NCBI GenBank assembly: GCA_021840555.1
Contig: JAKBXW010000002.1
Coordinates: forward strand, 17,900 to 81,899
Length of the DNA stretch: 64,000 nt
Reading direction: 5' to 3'
Origin: Nitrospirota bacterium
GTDB taxonomy: Bacteria > Nitrospirota > Leptospirillia > Leptospirillales > Leptospirillaceae
Part shown: positions 63,969-64,000 of the stretch, in pieces
Numbering within the stretch: the stretch's first letter is position 1
Layout of the letters: each line of letters starts with the position of its first letter
Program-made: the position numbers and the translations under genes
The notes under the pieces: model-generated
The model's input: only the letters and a program-made list of their open reading frames with translations
What the model was told of the DNA's origin: nothing
The model's database searches: none

Positions 63969-64000
63969 GAGAAAGCACCCTCCGGCTGTCGTCTGCAAAA

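Overview
GC-rich (about 60% by eye) bacterial chromosomal segment with about 68 protein genes, roughly 85% on the minus strand. Genes are tightly packed, with many 1-4 nt start/stop overlaps. I saw no rRNA, tRNA, CRISPR array, transposase or integrase. Content in window order: (1) a co-directional run of about 16 kb at 501-16748: small membrane ORFs, MFS transporter, RCK K+ channel, argD-argF-argG-argH, LptM-like lipoprotein, lysA, dapA, dapB, FAH-family gene, dapL, folK, an outer-membrane protein and mutY. (2) a tightly coupled prenylquinone operon, ubiE/menG - B12-radical SAM - ubiC-like - ubiA, followed by a PEBP gene, with ppx divergent. (3) a complete membrane-bound [NiFe] uptake hydrogenase cluster at 23070-36439 (small and large subunits, cytochrome b, endopeptidase, HupF/HupH/HupK-type factors, hypABFCDE, Ni transporter). 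Its small subunit carries the six-cysteine signature of O2-tolerant group 1d enzymes. (4) a divergent pair of overlapping thymidylate-kinase-like paralogs. (5) rpiB-glyA-nrdR-priA on the plus strand. (6) a system II cytochrome c biogenesis operon (ccsB, ccsA, two TlpA/ResA, ccdA) extended by a geranylgeranyl-reductase-like flavoprotein and an M50/CBS protease. (7) rplM-rpsI, argC-argJ, rpsB-tsf-pyrH-frr-alr-mlaEFD. (8) a ferredoxin plus large B12-radical SAM pair next to a polytopic membrane protein. The best candidates for undescribed biology are the B12-rSAM inside the quinone operon, the tandem Tmk-like pair with one degenerate member, the ferredoxin/rSAM/membrane-protein locus, a K+ channel with a non-canonical TVGYQ filter, and an MlaD protein with a long C-terminal beta-rich extension. 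A Nitrospirota/Leptospirillum-like origin is only a guess, based on the DapL pathway, system II cytochrome c biogenesis and GC content. All calls come from reading the translations; no database search was run.
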